Shown: positions 9,571 through 21,226 of the stretch, one piece after another
Numbering within the stretch: the stretch's first letter is position 1
Layout of the letters: the number at the start of each line of letters is the position of its first letter
Origin: Methanothermobacter thermautotrophicus str. Delta H
GTDB lineage: Archaea; Methanobacteriota; Methanobacteria; Methanobacteriales; Methanothermobacteraceae
Direction of reading: 5' to 3'
Length of the DNA stretch: 32,000 bases
NCBI RefSeq assembly: GCF_000008645.1
Contig: NC_000916.1
Coordinates: 1,230,001-1,262,000, forward strand
The notes under the pieces: generated by a model
The model's database searches: none
Seen by the model: only the letters and a program-made list of their open reading frames with translations
What the model was told of the DNA's origin: nothing
Program-made: the position numbers and the translations under genes

Positions 9571-12500
9571 TCACACCTTTGCAGGTTTTATTGATATTAT
9601 CAGGTTTTCGTCTGATATCTTCCATTCCTTGGTGTATTCGAGTTCAGAGTAATCAAAGGATAGTGTGCTGGCCCTCACCTCGTTCTCTATGAACTCCCTC
9701 TGGGGTTCTGTGAGTTCCCTGAATTCTTCGCTGCATTTAACTGACACCTCTATGCTGGCCTCAACGTCCAGGTCAAGGTCCTTCCTCATATCCTGGATTC
9801 TCCTTACAAGTTCCCGGGCCATTGCCTCGCTCATGATCTCAGGTGTGAGCTCTGTGTCGATGAAAACGCTTCCCCCATCGAACTGAGCGCTCACTATATT
9901 CTCTGGAAGCTCTGTTTCAAATACAATATCCTCAGATGTGAGTTTAAATTTCTTGCCATCAGTTTCAACCGTGAACTCACCATCGGAGTCCAGTGCAGCC
10001 TTCACTGCTGATCCGTCTGCGCCTTCCAGTTCCCTCATCACCAGGGGAATGTCCTGCCTAAGCCTGGGCCCCAGGGTTGCTGGATTTGGCCTGGCTATTA
10101 TTTTCATGTCAGGGAACTCCGTTGAGGTTTTGATGGACTTTGCATTGGCCTGCTCTGCTATGACGTTCTTGAGGGACTCTGCGGCCTTCAGAACACCTTC
10201 ATCCTCAGACACCACCACCATCTCCCTGACCGGCCATCTGAGCTTGTACCTTGCTGTGTCCCTGGCCCTTGCGCAGGCCTCTATTATCTCCCTGACGATA
10301 TCCATATCGGCCTCAAGCTGGCTGTCAACTGCCCCCTCATCCAGGATCCAGTCAAGCATGTGTATGCTCTCTGGTGAATCCGGTTCAGCTCCCCTTACAA
10401 GGTTCTGGTAGATGTCCTCACATACGTGGGGTGCCATCGGTGATAGGGTGACTATGAGGGTCTTGAGGACCGTGTAGAGGGTGTGGTAGGCTGCGAGTTT
10501 ATCGGGGTCGTCCCTCTCTATCCAGGTGCGGCTCCTTATCAGCCTTATGTACCAGCGGCTGAGGTCCTCCACTATGAAGTCATGGATTTCACGGGTGGCC
10601 CTGTGGAAGTGGAGGTTTTCAATGGCCTCTGTGACCTTAAGGGCCACGGAGTTGATCCTTGAGAGGATCCACCGGTCCTCATCCCTGAAGCTAAGATCCT
10701 CAGCACTGTGGTCTCCTGGCTGGAACCTGTCAAGGGACATGTAGGTTGTTGCGAATACATAGACATTCCAGAGTATGTTGAACATTTTGTTGACGTTCCT
10801 GAGCTCATCCCATACAAATTTGAGGTCCTCCCATGGCTTGTTTTCCCAGAGGAGATAGAATCTCAGGACGTCTGCACCATACTTCTCTATGACATCCTCG
10901 GGTTCAACAACGTTTCCCAGGGATTTGCTCATCTTACGGCCCTCTTCATCCAGGGTGAAGCCGTGCATGAGGACCCTCCTGTAGGGGACCTCATCCAGGG
11001 CTATGACACCGCATCCCAGCTGTGAGTAGAACCAGCCACGGGTCTGGTCATGGCCCTCGGTTATGAAGTCGTAGGGGAACCATTCCCTGAAGAGTTCTGT
11101 CTCTGAGGGGTAGTGGAGGGCTGCCCAGCCAGCCACCCCGGAGTCTATCCAGACATCCAGGACGTCAGGTGTCCTCTTCATCCTTCCACCGCATTCACCG
11201 CATTCAAGGACTATCCTGTCCACGTGGGGCCTGTGGATGAAGTCTCCCTCGAGTTCTCCCTCCACCGCCAGCTCCCTGAGTTCATCTATGGATCCAACCA
11301 CGTGTATGCTGTCACATTCCTCACATATCCATATTGGTATGGGTATTCCCCAGTACCTCTGCCTTGAGATGGTCCAGTCACGTGCATTCTCTATCCAGTT
11401 CCTGAATCTGCTCTCCCCTGCCCATGAGGGGACCCACTGGACCCTGTCAAGTTCCCTCAGCATCTTATCCTTTATCTCGGTTATCTTGAGGAACCACTGC
11501 TCTGTTGCAAGGTATATTATTGGTGTCTTGCACCTCCAGCAGAACCCGTACCTGTGGCTTATGGTCCCGGCCTTCAGGAGCAGACCCTTTGATCTGAGGT
11601 CAGCTATTATGTCTTCGTCGGCATCCTTGACAAAGCGGCCAGAGTACTTTCCTGCTTCCTCTGTGAAGATGCCTGCCTCGTCCACCGGACAGATGACCTC
11701 AAGACCATACTTCTTACCTATCTCGAAGTCCTCTGGACCATGCCCCGGTGCTGTGTGGACGCAGCCTGTCCCCTCTGTCAGGGTTACGTGGTCCCCCAGG
11801 ATCACCCTGTGTTCAATCTCCCTGTGGAGGGGTACCTCATCATCGAGGGGGTGCCTGTAGGTTAAACCCTCTAGTTCGGTCCCTTTAACCCTTTTCAGGA
11901 TCTCGGCTTCTTCACCAAGAACCTTCTCGACCAGAGCCTCTGCCATTATGTAGGTTTCTCCATCAAGGCGTGCGTAGGCGTATTCAAAGTCCGGGTGGAC
12001 CGCAACCGCCATGTTCGCAGGGAGAGTCCAGGGCGTGGTTGTCCATACAAGTATGTGGGTGTCCCCTGAAACAGGGAACTTCACATAGATTGATGGGTCC
12101 TCCTTATCATGGTAGTCGATCTCTGCCAGGGCCAGGGCTGTTTCACAGCGTGGACACCAGGTTATGACCCTCAGATCCCTCACAAGGAGGTCCTTTTCAT
12201 GGGCCCTTTTGAGGGTCCACCAGCATGATTCCATGTAGGCGGGGTCAAAGGTTACATAGGGGTCATCCCAGTCCATCCATACACCCAGACGCTGGAACTG
12301 GCCTGTCATGACTGCCTTATTCTCAACTGCAAATTCCCTGCATTTGTTGACGAATTCCTCGATTCCAATCTTGTCCTCAATGTCCTTCTTGCTCCTGACA
12401 CCAAGGAGTCCCTCGACCTTGTGTTCGATGGGGAGACCGTGGGTGTCCCATCCAGGCTGCCTCCTGACATTGAACCCCTTCATTGACTTGAAGCGGAGGT

Positions 12501-12705
12501 ATGTATCCTTCATTATCTTGTTCCATGCTGTGCCGAGGTGAATCCTTCCACTGCAGTAGGGTGGGCCGTCAAGGAATGAATAGCGTGGCCTATCCTCCCT
12601 CAGTTCCTTCACCCGTTCATAGATGTCCCTTTCTTCCCAGAAACTCTGGACCTTCTCCTCGATCCTGTGGGGTCTGTAGGATTTTTCGGCTTCCTGGATT
12701 GGCAT
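9571..12705 (-). CDS. ileS: Isoleucyl-tRNA synthetase
   Basis: 1044 aa class Ia synthetase: [16 protein letters not shown] (HIGH-type), [53 protein letters not shown] gggag upstream. Confidence 0.97.
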   Translation of the reverse strand: MPIQEAEKSYRPHRIEEKVQSFWEERDIYERVKELREDRPRYSFLDGPPYCSGRIHLGTAWNKIMKDTYLRFKSMKGFNVRRQPGWDTHGLPIEHKVEGLLGVRSKKDIEDKIGIEEFVNKCREFAVENKAVMTGQFQRLGVWMDWDDPYVTFDPAYMESCWWTLKRAHEKDLLVRDLRVITWCPRCETALALAEIDYHDKEDPSIYVKFPVSGDTHILVWTTTPWTLPANMAVAVHPDFEYAYARLDGETYIMAEALVEKVLGEEAEILKRVKGTELEGLTYRHPLDDEVPLHREIEHRVILGDHVTLTEGTGCVHTAPGHGPEDFEIGKKYGLEVICPVDEAGIFTEEAGKYSGRFVKDADEDIIADLRSKGLLLKAGTISHRYGFCWRCKTPIIYLATEQWFLKITEIKDKMLRELDRVQWVPSWAGESRFRNWIENARDWTISRQRYWGIPIPIWICEECDSIHVVGSIDELRELAVEGELEGDFIHRPHVDRIVLECGECGGRMKRTPDVLDVWIDSGVAGWAALHYPSETELFREWFPYDFITEGHDQTRGWFYSQLGCGVIALDEVPYRRVLMHGFTLDEEGRKMSKSLGNVVEPEDVIEKYGADVLRFYLLWENKPWEDLKFVWDELRNVNKMFNILWNVYVFATTYMSLDRFQPGDHSAEDLSFRDEDRWILSRINSVALKVTEAIENLHFHRATREIHDFIVEDLSRWYIRLIRSRTWIERDDPDKLAAYHTLYTVLKTLIVTLSPMAPHVCEDIYQNLVRGAEPDSPESIHMLDWILDEGAVDSQLEADMDIVREIIEACARARDTARYKLRWPVREMVVVSEDEGVLKAAESLKNVIAEQANAKSIKTSTEFPDMKIIARPNPATLGPRLRQDIPLVMRELEGADGSAVKAALDSDGEFTVETDGKKFKLTSEDIVFETELPENIVSAQFDGGSVFIDTELTPEIMSEAMARELVRRIQDMRKDLDLDVEASIEVSVKCSEEFRELTEPQREFIENEVRASTLSFDYSELEYTKEWKISDENLIISIKPAKV

Positions 12706-12727
12706 GTGTTTCTCCCTCAGCTGGATA

Positions 12728-13933
12728 TTAGAAGGTCCTGAGCTGTCCCTTCACTAACATCTCGGTTATGCTGGGTATGTCCTCCAGCCAGGCGTCCATG
12801 ACACCTGAAACCTTCCCTGTGACTTCATCCATTGTATACCCGTCCTCAAGGATCACCTGGGCTGTTGCAGCCTTTGGATGGTCAATCGGTTTTCCTATCT
12901 GGCTCAGTATCATTATGTGGACCTGTTTAACACCCTCAACACTTTCAACTATATCTCCGGCCATCTGGTTTGAGAGGAGGTTGTAGATCTTACCCACATG
13001 GTTTATGGGGTTCTTACCTGATGTTGCCTCCATTGACATTGGCCTGTTGGGTGTTATGAGTCCATTGGCCCTGTTACCCCTTCCAACTGATCCATCGTCA
13101 CCCATCTCTGCGGAGGTCCCTGTTACAGTGATGTAGACTGAGGGTTCATCATCCTCGCAGCGGTCGGCGGTGTTGACAAAGACCTCAAGGTTCCTGTCTG
13201 TGAGTTTTGAGGCGATTTTGAAGACCTCATCCCTCACAACGTTCTTGACCTCCAGGTACTCCTCGAGGTCTGAGACGTACCTGTCAACCATTGCACAGGC
13301 GACCGTGAGTGTGATGTTATCATTTTCCCTGAGCCCCATGACCTTTATGTCCTCACCAACGGCAGGGTGCTTCTTCTTGAATTCGGGTGAGTTCAGGAGG
13401 TTCTCTGCCTCCATGACTATCCTCTCTGTCTCTGAGAAGGGAGCGAATCCAACACCGAAGGATGTGTCGTTTGAGAGGGGTGCCCTGCCCTTCCTGGCAA
13501 ATACATCCCTGAGGTCCCCTGAGCCATGGCCGATCTTGCACTCAACCACGGCGCAGGTTTCAACATCAAGGTTCAGTATGTTCTCCCTCAGGTACTCCTT
13601 GGCCGCTGAGATGGCTATCCTGTCGAGGCCTATCTTCTCACCATCAACCTCTGCTATGCCCCTCCCTGTGAGGAGTATCTCCATGGGTTTTATGACCTCG
13701 CCGCCTCCGAACTGGGGGGCTGATTCGCCGGCTGTTATCTGAACCTCGTCGGTGTTGTGGTGCATTATTGCACCGAACCTGTCAAGGTAGGCGTTGCATA
13801 GGGCCCTGCTCACTGATTCCGCGATCCCGTCACTTATACTGTCCGGATGCCCTATGCCCTTCCTTTCAACTATCTCCACCTTCTGATCCTCGATTGGTGT
13901 CTGGTTAAGGGGTTCAACGATAATATTTCTCAC
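12728..13933 (-). CDS. metK: Archaeal-type S-adenosylmethionine synthetase
   Basis: [72 protein letters not shown] at 13933 follows aggaggttatcact. Confidence 0.95.
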   Translation of the reverse strand: MRNIIVEPLNQTPIEDQKVEIVERKGIGHPDSISDGIAESVSRALCNAYLDRFGAIMHHNTDEVQITAGESAPQFGGGEVIKPMEILLTGRGIAEVDGEKIGLDRIAISAAKEYLRENILNLDVETCAVVECKIGHGSGDLRDVFARKGRAPLSNDTSFGVGFAPFSETERIVMEAENLLNSPEFKKKHPAVGEDIKVMGLRENDNITLTVACAMVDRYVSDLEEYLEVKNVVRDEVFKIASKLTDRNLEVFVNTADRCEDDEPSVYITVTGTSAEMGDDGSVGRGNRANGLITPNRPMSMEATSGKNPINHVGKIYNLLSNQMAGDIVESVEGVKQVHIMILSQIGKPIDHPKAATAQVILEDGYTMDEVTGKVSGVMDAWLEDIPSITEMLVKGQLRTF

Positions 13934-13987
13934 AGTGATAACCTCCTGATGAATATCCACAGTAATGGTTTATGGTTTTGGGGTGAT

Positions 13988-14005
13988 GATATAAATAAGT
14001 ATATA
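13988..14005. promoter_or_regulatory. AT-rich TATA-like region in the compact divergent metK / DUF192 intergenic spacer
   Basis: gatataaataagtatata between GTG 13933 (-) and ATG 14026 (+); contains TATA-like sequence on both strands. Confidence 0.4.
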
Positions 14006-14025
14006 CATCCAGTTCAGGAGAAATT

Positions 14026-14397
14026 ATGATGAAGAGAGAGGTCATTAATAAGACGCGGGGCACCAGTCTGGGTGCCGTCAGATTTGCCAGGACATTCATG
14101 TCACGCTTCAGGGGCCTGATGCTACGCAGGGACGTTGAAACCGGACTTGTGCTGGAGATACCTGTGGGGAGGGGGAGGTATGGCTCAGGGATACACATGT
14201 TCTTCATGCTTGTCCCGCTGGACGTTTTATTTGTTGATGGAGATATGCGGGTCGTTGACAGTGTAACCCTCAGGCCATGGCAGATCTACAACCCCAGGAA
14301 ACCCGCAAGGTATGTTATAGAACTCAGGGAGGGAAAGATCAGGGATTCAGGGACCCGGGTTGGGGATACAATCGAATTCAGGGACCTGCAGTCCTGA
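14026..14397 (+). CDS. DUF192 family protein
   Basis: [16 protein letters not shown]...[36 protein letters not shown]...[22 protein letters not shown]; aggag upstream. Confidence 0.85.
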
Positions 14398-14464
14398 TAT
14401 GATTTCAGTAGGTGATCTGCCAGATGCTCATACCGGATAGCAACAGCCAGAGCAGAACTCAGAA

Positions 14465-14854
14465 CTAAGCTGCACGTTTCCTTATCTCAGAAATGGCGAC
14501 CTCAGCCACCCTCCTAACCATCGGGCTCTCATCATCAAGGAGCTCCTCAAGGTCCGGGATTGAATCCTCATCACCCAGTATCCCGAGGGCCAGTGCACAC
14601 GCATATCTGACTCCAGGTTTATCATCCGAGAGGTGCTCCCTGAGTGGTTCAACCGCCATCCTATCATCAAAGGTTGCAAGGGCGAGCGCTGCAGCCTCCC
14701 TCACATGGTAGTCCTCATCATCAAGGGCTTCAATGAGTGGCCCCACTGCACGTGGGTCAGCCACCTCTGCAAGTAGTTCCACGGCATCCTCACGCACGAC
14801 CCAGTCCGGGTTCCGGAGTTCCTCCAGAAGAAAATCTATTCGTTTACCCTCCAT
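14465..14854 (-). CDS. HEAT-repeat / PBS-lyase-like HEAT protein
   Basis: Repeats: [28 protein letters not shown]; [28 protein letters not shown]; [28 protein letters not shown]; [12 protein letters not shown]. aggggtg upstream of ATG 14854. Confidence 0.87.
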   Translation of the reverse strand: MEGKRIDFLLEELRNPDWVVREDAVELLAEVADPRAVGPLIEALDDEDYHVREAAALALATFDDRMAVEPLREHLSDDKPGVRYACALALGILGDEDSIPDLEELLDDESPMVRRVAEVAISEIRKRAA

Positions 14855-14989
14855 AAAAAACACCCCTGAGGTTTATATGGTCCTGAAAAAAATTAAGTTT
14901 TTTGGTTTTTTTTATTGTCTATTATTAAGACTGATCAGGGTGCCTTTCGGTGTTTGAATAGCTGCCGGATGGTTTTTGTATTATCCTGC

Positions 14990-15700
14990 TTAGATATGAC
15001 TGTGCGCCATGTTCTCCAGAATCTCCCCGGGTTTTGCGAAAACCCTTATTCCATCCATTGCAGCGAGTCTTGCTGTGTTCCTTATATCCACTTCCCTCAT
15101 GTGTATGGTTATGATCCGGCCCCCTGAGACCGCGCCGTGGGGACAGGCTGTTCTGCAGGCGCCGCAGCCCCTGCAGCTGAGTAGTCTTATCTCAACACCC
15201 GGAACTATGGCGTCCTCGGGGCATGCTGCAGCTGCAAGACATGGTTCACATCCTCTGCAGAGTTCAAGTTCAAGTTTTGATGGCAGAACCGTCTCAACGT
15301 CGCCCTCCTCAAGGTCAACGGGTACACAGTAAACCGGCACCCCACCCTTGCCTGCCTGGGCAACTGCATTGGTGACAAGGGTGTCTGCTATGCCGTGGAC
15401 GACCTTGGCCACGGTGTTGGAGGTTACAGGTGAGACCACCAGGAGATCGTATCTTCCCATGGAAAGCCTACCTGTTATGGGGAAACTGTAGCCCTCCTGG
15501 TCCTCGGTTATGAGTTCCCGGTAGTAACCCCCTGAAAGTCTTTTAACCCTTTCAAGGAGGCCGTACATCCTCAGGACCTCCTCCGCTGCGCCTGAGAGCA
15601 GAATGGTCACCTCGTGTCCCCCTTCAACCATGGCCTCAAGGGCCTCGACGCTTTCAAGGAGGAGGTGGCCTGCACCTGTGAATGCCCAGGCAATCCTCAT
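14990..15700 (-). CDS. Flavoprotein-ferredoxin fusion resembling the archaeoflavoprotein / dihydromethanopterin reductase (DmrX-like) family
   Basis: N-term [17 protein letters not shown]...[13 protein letters not shown] and [34 protein letters not shown]; C-term [14 protein letters not shown] and [15 protein letters not shown]. Confidence 0.72.
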   Translation of the reverse strand: MRIAWAFTGAGHLLLESVEALEAMVEGGHEVTILLSGAAEEVLRMYGLLERVKRLSGGYYRELITEDQEGYSFPITGRLSMGRYDLLVVSPVTSNTVAKVVHGIADTLVTNAVAQAGKGGVPVYCVPVDLEEGDVETVLPSKLELELCRGCEPCLAAAACPEDAIVPGVEIRLLSCRGCGACRTACPHGAVSGGRIITIHMREVDIRNTARLAAMDGIRVFAKPGEILENMAHSHI

Positions 15701-16972
15701 CTACTGGATCTCCATGTACTTGTAGGCCTCCGAGTCCTCAAAGGCGTAGTGGACCCGGGTATATGATGACATGAACTCTGCAACCTCGTCCCTGACATCC
15801 TTTCCGTCCATAACAACTCTCTTGATGTACTCTGCAACCTCTGACATCTCTGACTCCTTCATGCCCCTCCTTGTTATCTCCTGTGTACCTATGCGTATCC
15901 CTGATGGGTCATCTGACCTGTTCACATCATCCCATGGGAGGAGGTTCTTGTTGAGTATTATGTTGTTGGCCTCGAGCCTCTTTGAGATCTCTGCTGCCCT
16001 TCCAATATCAGAGACGTCCATCACCACCTGGTGGGACTCTGTGAAGTCAAGGTGCTCACATAACACGTTGAATCCGAGTTCATGGAGGTTTTCAGCGAGT
16101 TTCCTGGCATTATTGATTGTCTGGGCTGCATATTCAGCTCCAAATTCCAGCATCTCTGCCGTTGCTATCCCAAGGCCGGCCACGTGGTGGAGGTGGTGGT
16201 TGCTCACAAGTCCGGGGAACACCGCCTCATCTATGTCAGCTGCAAGTTCCTCCCTGCAGAGGATTATACCGCCCTGTGGGCCCGGGAAGGTCTTGTGGGT
16301 GCTTCCAACAAGCATGTCGGCGCCCTCACGTAGTGGGTCCTGGAAGTAGCCCCCTGCAATGAGGCCCAGGACGTGGGCACCATCGTACATTATCCTTGCC
16401 CCCACCTCCTCGGCGGCCTCAAGAGCCTCCTCCACAGGGTGAGGGAAGAGGAAGAGGCTTCCGCCGAAGAGTATTATCCTTGGTTTAACCTCCAGTATCT
16501 TCTTCTTCATTGCATCGGCGTCTATGTTCATGTTCTCAAAGTCAAAGGGGTGTGTGTATATCTGGAAACCCCTTACACCGGCTGCGCTGACCCTGGCATG
16601 GGATATGTGTCCTCCGTAGGGGACCTCCATGGCCATTATGGGGTCGCCCACCTCTGCTGTGGCGAAGAAACAGGCGAGGTTTGCCACGACACCTGATGTT
16701 GGCTGGACGTTCGCATGTTCCGCCCTGAAGAGCCTCTTTGAAAGTTCAATTGTTAACTCTTCAATCTCGTCGATGTACCTGCATCCCTCATAGAGTCTTT
16801 CACCGGGGAGGCCCTCTGCATATCGGTGGGATAGATCCGAGAGGAGTGCCTCCTTCACCCGTGAACTCGTTATGTTTTCACTTGCTATGAGGTTAATGCT
16901 TGACTCCATCCAGCTGTTATGGTCCTTCATAAGCTGTCTGATCTTCTCGGTATAATCCTGATTGCTGACCAT
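15701..16972 (-). CDS. glyA: Serine hydroxymethyltransferase
   Basis: [63 protein letters not shown] 16972 follows ggagatgattttc. Confidence 0.96.
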   Translation of the reverse strand: MVSNQDYTEKIRQLMKDHNSWMESSINLIASENITSSRVKEALLSDLSHRYAEGLPGERLYEGCRYIDEIEELTIELSKRLFRAEHANVQPTSGVVANLACFFATAEVGDPIMAMEVPYGGHISHARVSAAGVRGFQIYTHPFDFENMNIDADAMKKKILEVKPRIILFGGSLFLFPHPVEEALEAAEEVGARIMYDGAHVLGLIAGGYFQDPLREGADMLVGSTHKTFPGPQGGIILCREELAADIDEAVFPGLVSNHHLHHVAGLGIATAEMLEFGAEYAAQTINNARKLAENLHELGFNVLCEHLDFTESHQVVMDVSDIGRAAEISKRLEANNIILNKNLLPWDDVNRSDDPSGIRIGTQEITRRGMKESEMSEVAEYIKRVVMDGKDVRDEVAEFMSSYTRVHYAFEDSEAYKYMEIQ

Positions 16973-17154
16973 GAAAATCATCTCCAATAGGAAAATAGTT
17001 GCAATGACAATATAAAATTGGTGTTAACTTCCATTACCAGTTGCGATGTCAACATAAAAAACGCGTGTTGATAGCTGGGGGGATTCCGAATCCGATTGCT
17101 CGGAGTATTATGTAAGTTAGAAAAAGGATAAAGGATTTGATGGGGTTAACCCAT

Positions 17155-19134
17155 CTATTTTGCCTGTTCGTTGAGTGCAGCTTCGATCTGGGCCATGATC
17201 TGCTCGGTCCTGAAGTGCTGCTGGTCCATGGCACCTGATGGGCATGCTGCCACACATGTTCCGCATCCCTTACAGAGGGCCACGTTAACGTTTGCATGGC
17301 CTTCCTCTATGCTTATGGCACCGAATGGACACAGTTCTATGCAGACCTCACATCCACCGCAGACATCGGAGTCTGTCACGGCGACTATTGGCTCGATTTC
17401 CACTTCACCCTTAACCATTGGTATTGCTGCACGTGCAGCTGCACCTGATGCCTGTGCAACAGCGTCAGGAATGTCCTTTGGACCCTGAGCAACACCTGCA
17501 AGGTACACACCGTCTGTCAGTGTGTCAACCGGCCTGAGTTTTGGGTGAGCTTCCATCAGGAATCCGTCTGCAGATTTGGATAGACCTATGGTCTGTCTGA
17601 GTTTCTCAGAGCCCTCTGGTGGGACAAGTCCCACACCGAGTACAACCATGTCGTAGTCGTACTCTGTGACCTTACCGAGGAGTGTGTCCTCTGATCTCAC
17701 TGTGAGTGTCAGGTCAGGGTTTTCGAGGATCTCAGCAGGTCGTCCCCTGATGAACTTGATTCCGTATTTCTCCTGTGAACGTTTGTAGAATTCCTCGAAT
17801 CCTTTACCGAATGCCCTTATGTCCATGTAGTAGAGTGTGACCTCGGTATCAGGCATCTTGTCCTTTATGAGCTGTGCGTTCTTCATTATGTACATGCAGC
17901 AGACACGGGAACAGTATGGTTTTCCGATCTGTTCGTCCCTTGAACCGACACAGTGTATGAAGGCAACCCTCTTGGGTTTTTCACCGTCTGATGGTTTGAT
18001 GACCTTACCATCGGTTGGACCTGAAGCGTTGATCATCCTTTCAAGTTCAAGACCGGTTATTACGTTTGTATGTCTGCCGTAACCGTATTCGAGCTTCTCG
18101 GTTGGGTCGTAGGCATCGTATCCTGTGGCCACGATTATGGTACCCACTTCGATTTCGATTTCCTCTGGTTCCTGGTCGTGCTTAACGGCTCCCCTCTCAC
18201 AGATCTCATCACAGAGCATGCACTCTATACAGTAGTCCTTGTCGATGGTTGCGCAGAGTGGAACTGCCTGTGGGAATGGTATGTAGACCGCCTTGGTCAT
18301 ACCGATTCCCTCGTCGAAGTAGTTTGGCATTTCAATCGGACATACTTCGACACAGGAACCGCATCCGGTACACAGATCTTCATCTATGTATCTGGGTTTC
18401 TTCTCGATTTTGACCTTGAAGTTACCTATGTAACCGTCAACTTCCTTAACCTCAGCGTAGGTTATGAGTTCAATGTTGTCATGTTTACCGACGTCCACCA
18501 TCTTAGGTGCGAGGATACACATTGAACAGTCGAGGGTCGGGAATGTCTTGTCGAGCTGACCCATCCTTCCTGAGATACTTGGCCTCTTCTCAACCATGTA
18601 GGTCTTGAATCCCATGTCAGCAAGGTCAAGGGCTGTCTGTATACCTGCAACCCCACCACCGATGACGAGGGCCTTGTCATCCACACTGACCTTTGATGCC
18701 TCCAGAGGTTCCAGGAGCCTTGCCTTGGCAACGGCCATCCTCACAAGGTCCTTGGCCTTTTCTGTTGCACCCTCAGGGTCGTCCATGTGCACCCATGAGT
18801 CCTGCTCCCTGAGGTTTGCGAATTCGAAGAGGAACTGGTTGAGTCCTGCTTCCTCAACACATCTCCTGAAGGTTGGTTCGTGGAGCCTTGGGGAACATGC
18901 AGCCACAACAACCCTGTTCAGTCCGAGCTCCTTGATATCCTTCTGTATCTCGAGCTGACCTGGGTCTGAACAGTAGTACTTGTAGTCCTTTGAAACTACA
19001 ACGTTGGGTAATTTTGCAGCGTAGTCCCTGACAGCTTCTATGTCAACCACACCGCCGATGTTTACACCGCAGTGGCAGACGTAAACACCAATTCTTGGTT
19101 CTTCCATTGTTTCTTCTTTTTTTTCTTCTGCCAT
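17155..19134 (-). CDS. hdrA: CoB-CoM heterodisulfide reductase subunit A (HdrA)
   Basis: [16 protein letters not shown]-binding [76 protein letters not shown] 19134 follows aaggtgatcta. Confidence 0.96.
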   Translation of the reverse strand: MAEEKKEETMEEPRIGVYVCHCGVNIGGVVDIEAVRDYAAKLPNVVVSKDYKYYCSDPGQLEIQKDIKELGLNRVVVAACSPRLHEPTFRRCVEEAGLNQFLFEFANLREQDSWVHMDDPEGATEKAKDLVRMAVAKARLLEPLEASKVSVDDKALVIGGGVAGIQTALDLADMGFKTYMVEKRPSISGRMGQLDKTFPTLDCSMCILAPKMVDVGKHDNIELITYAEVKEVDGYIGNFKVKIEKKPRYIDEDLCTGCGSCVEVCPIEMPNYFDEGIGMTKAVYIPFPQAVPLCATIDKDYCIECMLCDEICERGAVKHDQEPEEIEIEVGTIIVATGYDAYDPTEKLEYGYGRHTNVITGLELERMINASGPTDGKVIKPSDGEKPKRVAFIHCVGSRDEQIGKPYCSRVCCMYIMKNAQLIKDKMPDTEVTLYYMDIRAFGKGFEEFYKRSQEKYGIKFIRGRPAEILENPDLTLTVRSEDTLLGKVTEYDYDMVVLGVGLVPPEGSEKLRQTIGLSKSADGFLMEAHPKLRPVDTLTDGVYLAGVAQGPKDIPDAVAQASGAAARAAIPMVKGEVEIEPIVAVTDSDVCGGCEVCIELCPFGAISIEEGHANVNVALCKGCGTCVAACPSGAMDQQHFRTEQIMAQIEAALNEQAK

Positions 19135-19231
19135 TAGATCACCTTGCATAGGGGTATCTAGCAATGATAGTCAGTTGATGTAAGGTATACCACAGTGCTA
19201 AATAAATATTTCTATCAAAAACTTTAAGTAA

Positions 19232-19243
19232 GGTTTATATACT
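19232..19243 (-). promoter_or_regulatory. Candidate hdrA TATA box (agtatataaacc on the minus strand)
   Basis: Plus-strand ggtttatatact about 100 nt upstream of the hdrA ATG, implying a 5' leader of roughly 70-80 nt. Confidence 0.5.
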
Positions 19244-19315
19244 ATTACACTTTCCTCAGTTTTTTTCAGGTATATTAAATAAATGTTTATTCTGTGTGTA
19301 TTTTGCTGTGACTTT

Positions 19316-20215
19316 TTAGAGCACAACTGACCAGAGGGGTAACGACACGAGACTTAGGATTGTACTCATGAATATGCATGATGATACAAGGTCCACGTCC
19401 AGGTCGTTCTCAATTGCAAGTACCGCTGCAAGCATTGCAGAGGGCATTGAAGCCTCGAGTACCGTGACAGAGAAGTTAAGTCCCCTGAATGCAAGGACAT
19501 AGGAGATCCCGGCTGCCATGAGTGGAGATATGAGGAGCCTGAGACCACTGACAAGGGTCGCATCGGCCACCGAATGCCTTAAAAATCTGAAGTTGAGTGT
19601 AAGGCCCAGGGATATCATTATGAGCGGAACCGCCGCCCCTGAGAGGTATCCGAGGATGGTGCCGGCAATGCCTGTGGGAAGTCCCCAGAGGTTGAAGATG
19701 ACCCCCAGCAGGAAGGCCCAGAGAGGAGGGAAGAAGACGGCCCTCTTCATGATTCTGGAACCCTCACCTCCAGAGATGTGTGATAGAAGAAGTCCGAGGG
19801 ACGTGAACATCAGTGTGGTGCCGGTGTCATAGAATATGGCCCTCACAAGTCCCTCTGAGCCGAATATCCCTGCTGTGACCGGGTAACCCAGGAAACCGGA
19901 GTTCATCATCGCTGCAGCTACAGTTAAACCCCATGTTTTACCTGAATCCAGTCCTCTTCTCCTTGCCCAGAGATATGCAATCGTTCCAGAGAGTGTGCCC
20001 GTAATCATGCAGATAACCGGTATGAGTACAAGGTCTGAGATCCCTGATAGGTCTGCCCGGTAGAGGGACGTGAATATGAGGGATGGTATGGCCACATTGA
20101 TGACAACCCGGTTGAGGGTGGATGCATCCTCCTCCCCGAGAACCCCGAGGACCTTGAGGATGTAACCAAGGAGGACAAGAACCAGCACCGACAGTACAGT
20201 CTCAGTGGAACCCAT
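19316..20215 (-). CDS. AEC (auxin efflux carrier) family transporter
   Basis: About 300 aa with periodic hydrophobic segments; LNRVVINVAIPSLIFTSLYRADLS, GFLGYPVTAGIFGSEG, AVPLIMISLGLTLNF, MPSAMLAAVLAIENDLD. ATG 20215 (TTG 20224 is the alternative); no strong SD seen. Confidence 0.82.
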   Translation of the reverse strand: MGSTETVLSVLVLVLLGYILKVLGVLGEEDASTLNRVVINVAIPSLIFTSLYRADLSGISDLVLIPVICMITGTLSGTIAYLWARRRGLDSGKTWGLTVAAAMMNSGFLGYPVTAGIFGSEGLVRAIFYDTGTTLMFTSLGLLLSHISGGEGSRIMKRAVFFPPLWAFLLGVIFNLWGLPTGIAGTILGYLSGAAVPLIMISLGLTLNFRFLRHSVADATLVSGLRLLISPLMAAGISYVLAFRGLNFSVTVLEASMPSAMLAAVLAIENDLDVDLVSSCIFMSTILSLVSLPLWSVVL

Positions 20216-20238
20216 AAAAATCAAAAAATAAATCTGGT

Positions 20239-21174
20239 TTAATCAACGATACCCGCGGTTGTTATCTTGAAGACACACTCACCCTCGGGCAGGTGGGGAC
20301 TGTCAACCAGCCTGGCTATCCTCTTACCTGCAAGCCCCTTCTTGAGCCAGATACGGTAGGTTGCGGCGTGACCAAGCACGTGTCCACCTATGGCCTTGGT
20401 GGGGCTTCCGAAGAACGCATCCGGTCTGGCCTGGACCTGGTTTGTGACAAATACCGCGGCGTTATAGGTGTTTGCTATGTTCTGAAGGGTGTGAAGGTGC
20501 TGGTTGAGTTTCTGCTGCCTTGTTGCAAGGGCCTCCCTACCCACATACTCTGCCCTGAAGTGGGCGGTGAGGGAGTCCACAATCACAAGGCGTATGTTCT
20601 TACCCTCCTGGATGAGCTCATTGACCTTCTCTGCCATGAGGATCTGGTGGCTGGAATTGAAGGCCCTTGCAATGTGTATCTTATTCAGAACCTCCTCAAG
20701 GTCAAGTTCAAAGGCATTTGCTATCTGCTCAATCCTCTCAGGACGGAATGTGTTCTCTGTGTCTATGAAAACAGCCTCAGCATCCAGTCCTCCCCTCTCC
20801 TCTGGCAGCTGAACCGTGACTGCAAGTTCATGGGACAGCTGACTCTTACCTGACCCGAATTCTCCGAAAACCTCGGTTATTGCCTGTGTCTCGATTCCGC
20901 CACCTATCAGTTCATCGAGGGCCTTGCTCCCCGTTGTGATCCTCCCCACATCCTTCCGTCTCTCCATGACATCGAAGGCTGTTTCAAAGTCTATCTTCTC
21001 AGCCCTTCTGGCAGCCTCTATCACCTTTTCAGCCACGCCCTCACCAATCTCTGCCTTCACAGAGAGTTCCTTGGCTGTGGCTGTTGCAAGACGCATCATG
21101 TCACCGAAACCTGCGTCCCTTAATTTCTGTGCTGTTTTAGCCCCTACATTTGGTAGATCTTCCAGTTCAACCAT
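20239..21174 (-). CDS. radA: DNA repair and recombination protein RadA
   Basis: 311 aa; Hh[18 protein letters not shown], Walker [45 protein letters not shown]. Confidence 0.97.
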   Translation of the reverse strand: MVELEDLPNVGAKTAQKLRDAGFGDMMRLATATAKELSVKAEIGEGVAEKVIEAARRAEKIDFETAFDVMERRKDVGRITTGSKALDELIGGGIETQAITEVFGEFGSGKSQLSHELAVTVQLPEERGGLDAEAVFIDTENTFRPERIEQIANAFELDLEEVLNKIHIARAFNSSHQILMAEKVNELIQEGKNIRLVIVDSLTAHFRAEYVGREALATRQQKLNQHLHTLQNIANTYNAAVFVTNQVQARPDAFFGSPTKAIGGHVLGHAATYRIWLKKGLAGKRIARLVDSPHLPEGECVFKITTAGIVD

Positions 21175-21226
21175 TTTAATCTCCCTTAAATCTTTAAATA
21201 TTCATTAAGCATGGATCGTCGGTAAA

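Noticed and set aside
8376-11025. Multiple plus-strand ORFs (8376..8696, 8724..9149, 9938..10411, 10708..11025) opposite purL and ileS.
   Set aside because: They are antisense to strongly conserved enzyme genes, have low-complexity Ser/Pro/Leu compositions, and lack recognisable domains; mirror-frame artefacts of codon bias.
14897-14922. T-rich run aagttttttggttttttttatt as a possible terminator.
   Set aside because: The genes on both sides run on the minus strand, where this is an A-rich tract upstream of the HEAT gene; the nearest plus-strand gene ends about 500 nt away.
17049-17297. Minus-strand 82-aa ORF at the 3' end of hdrA.
   Set aside because: Overlaps conserved HdrA ferredoxin-domain coding sequence on the same strand in another frame; no independent support.
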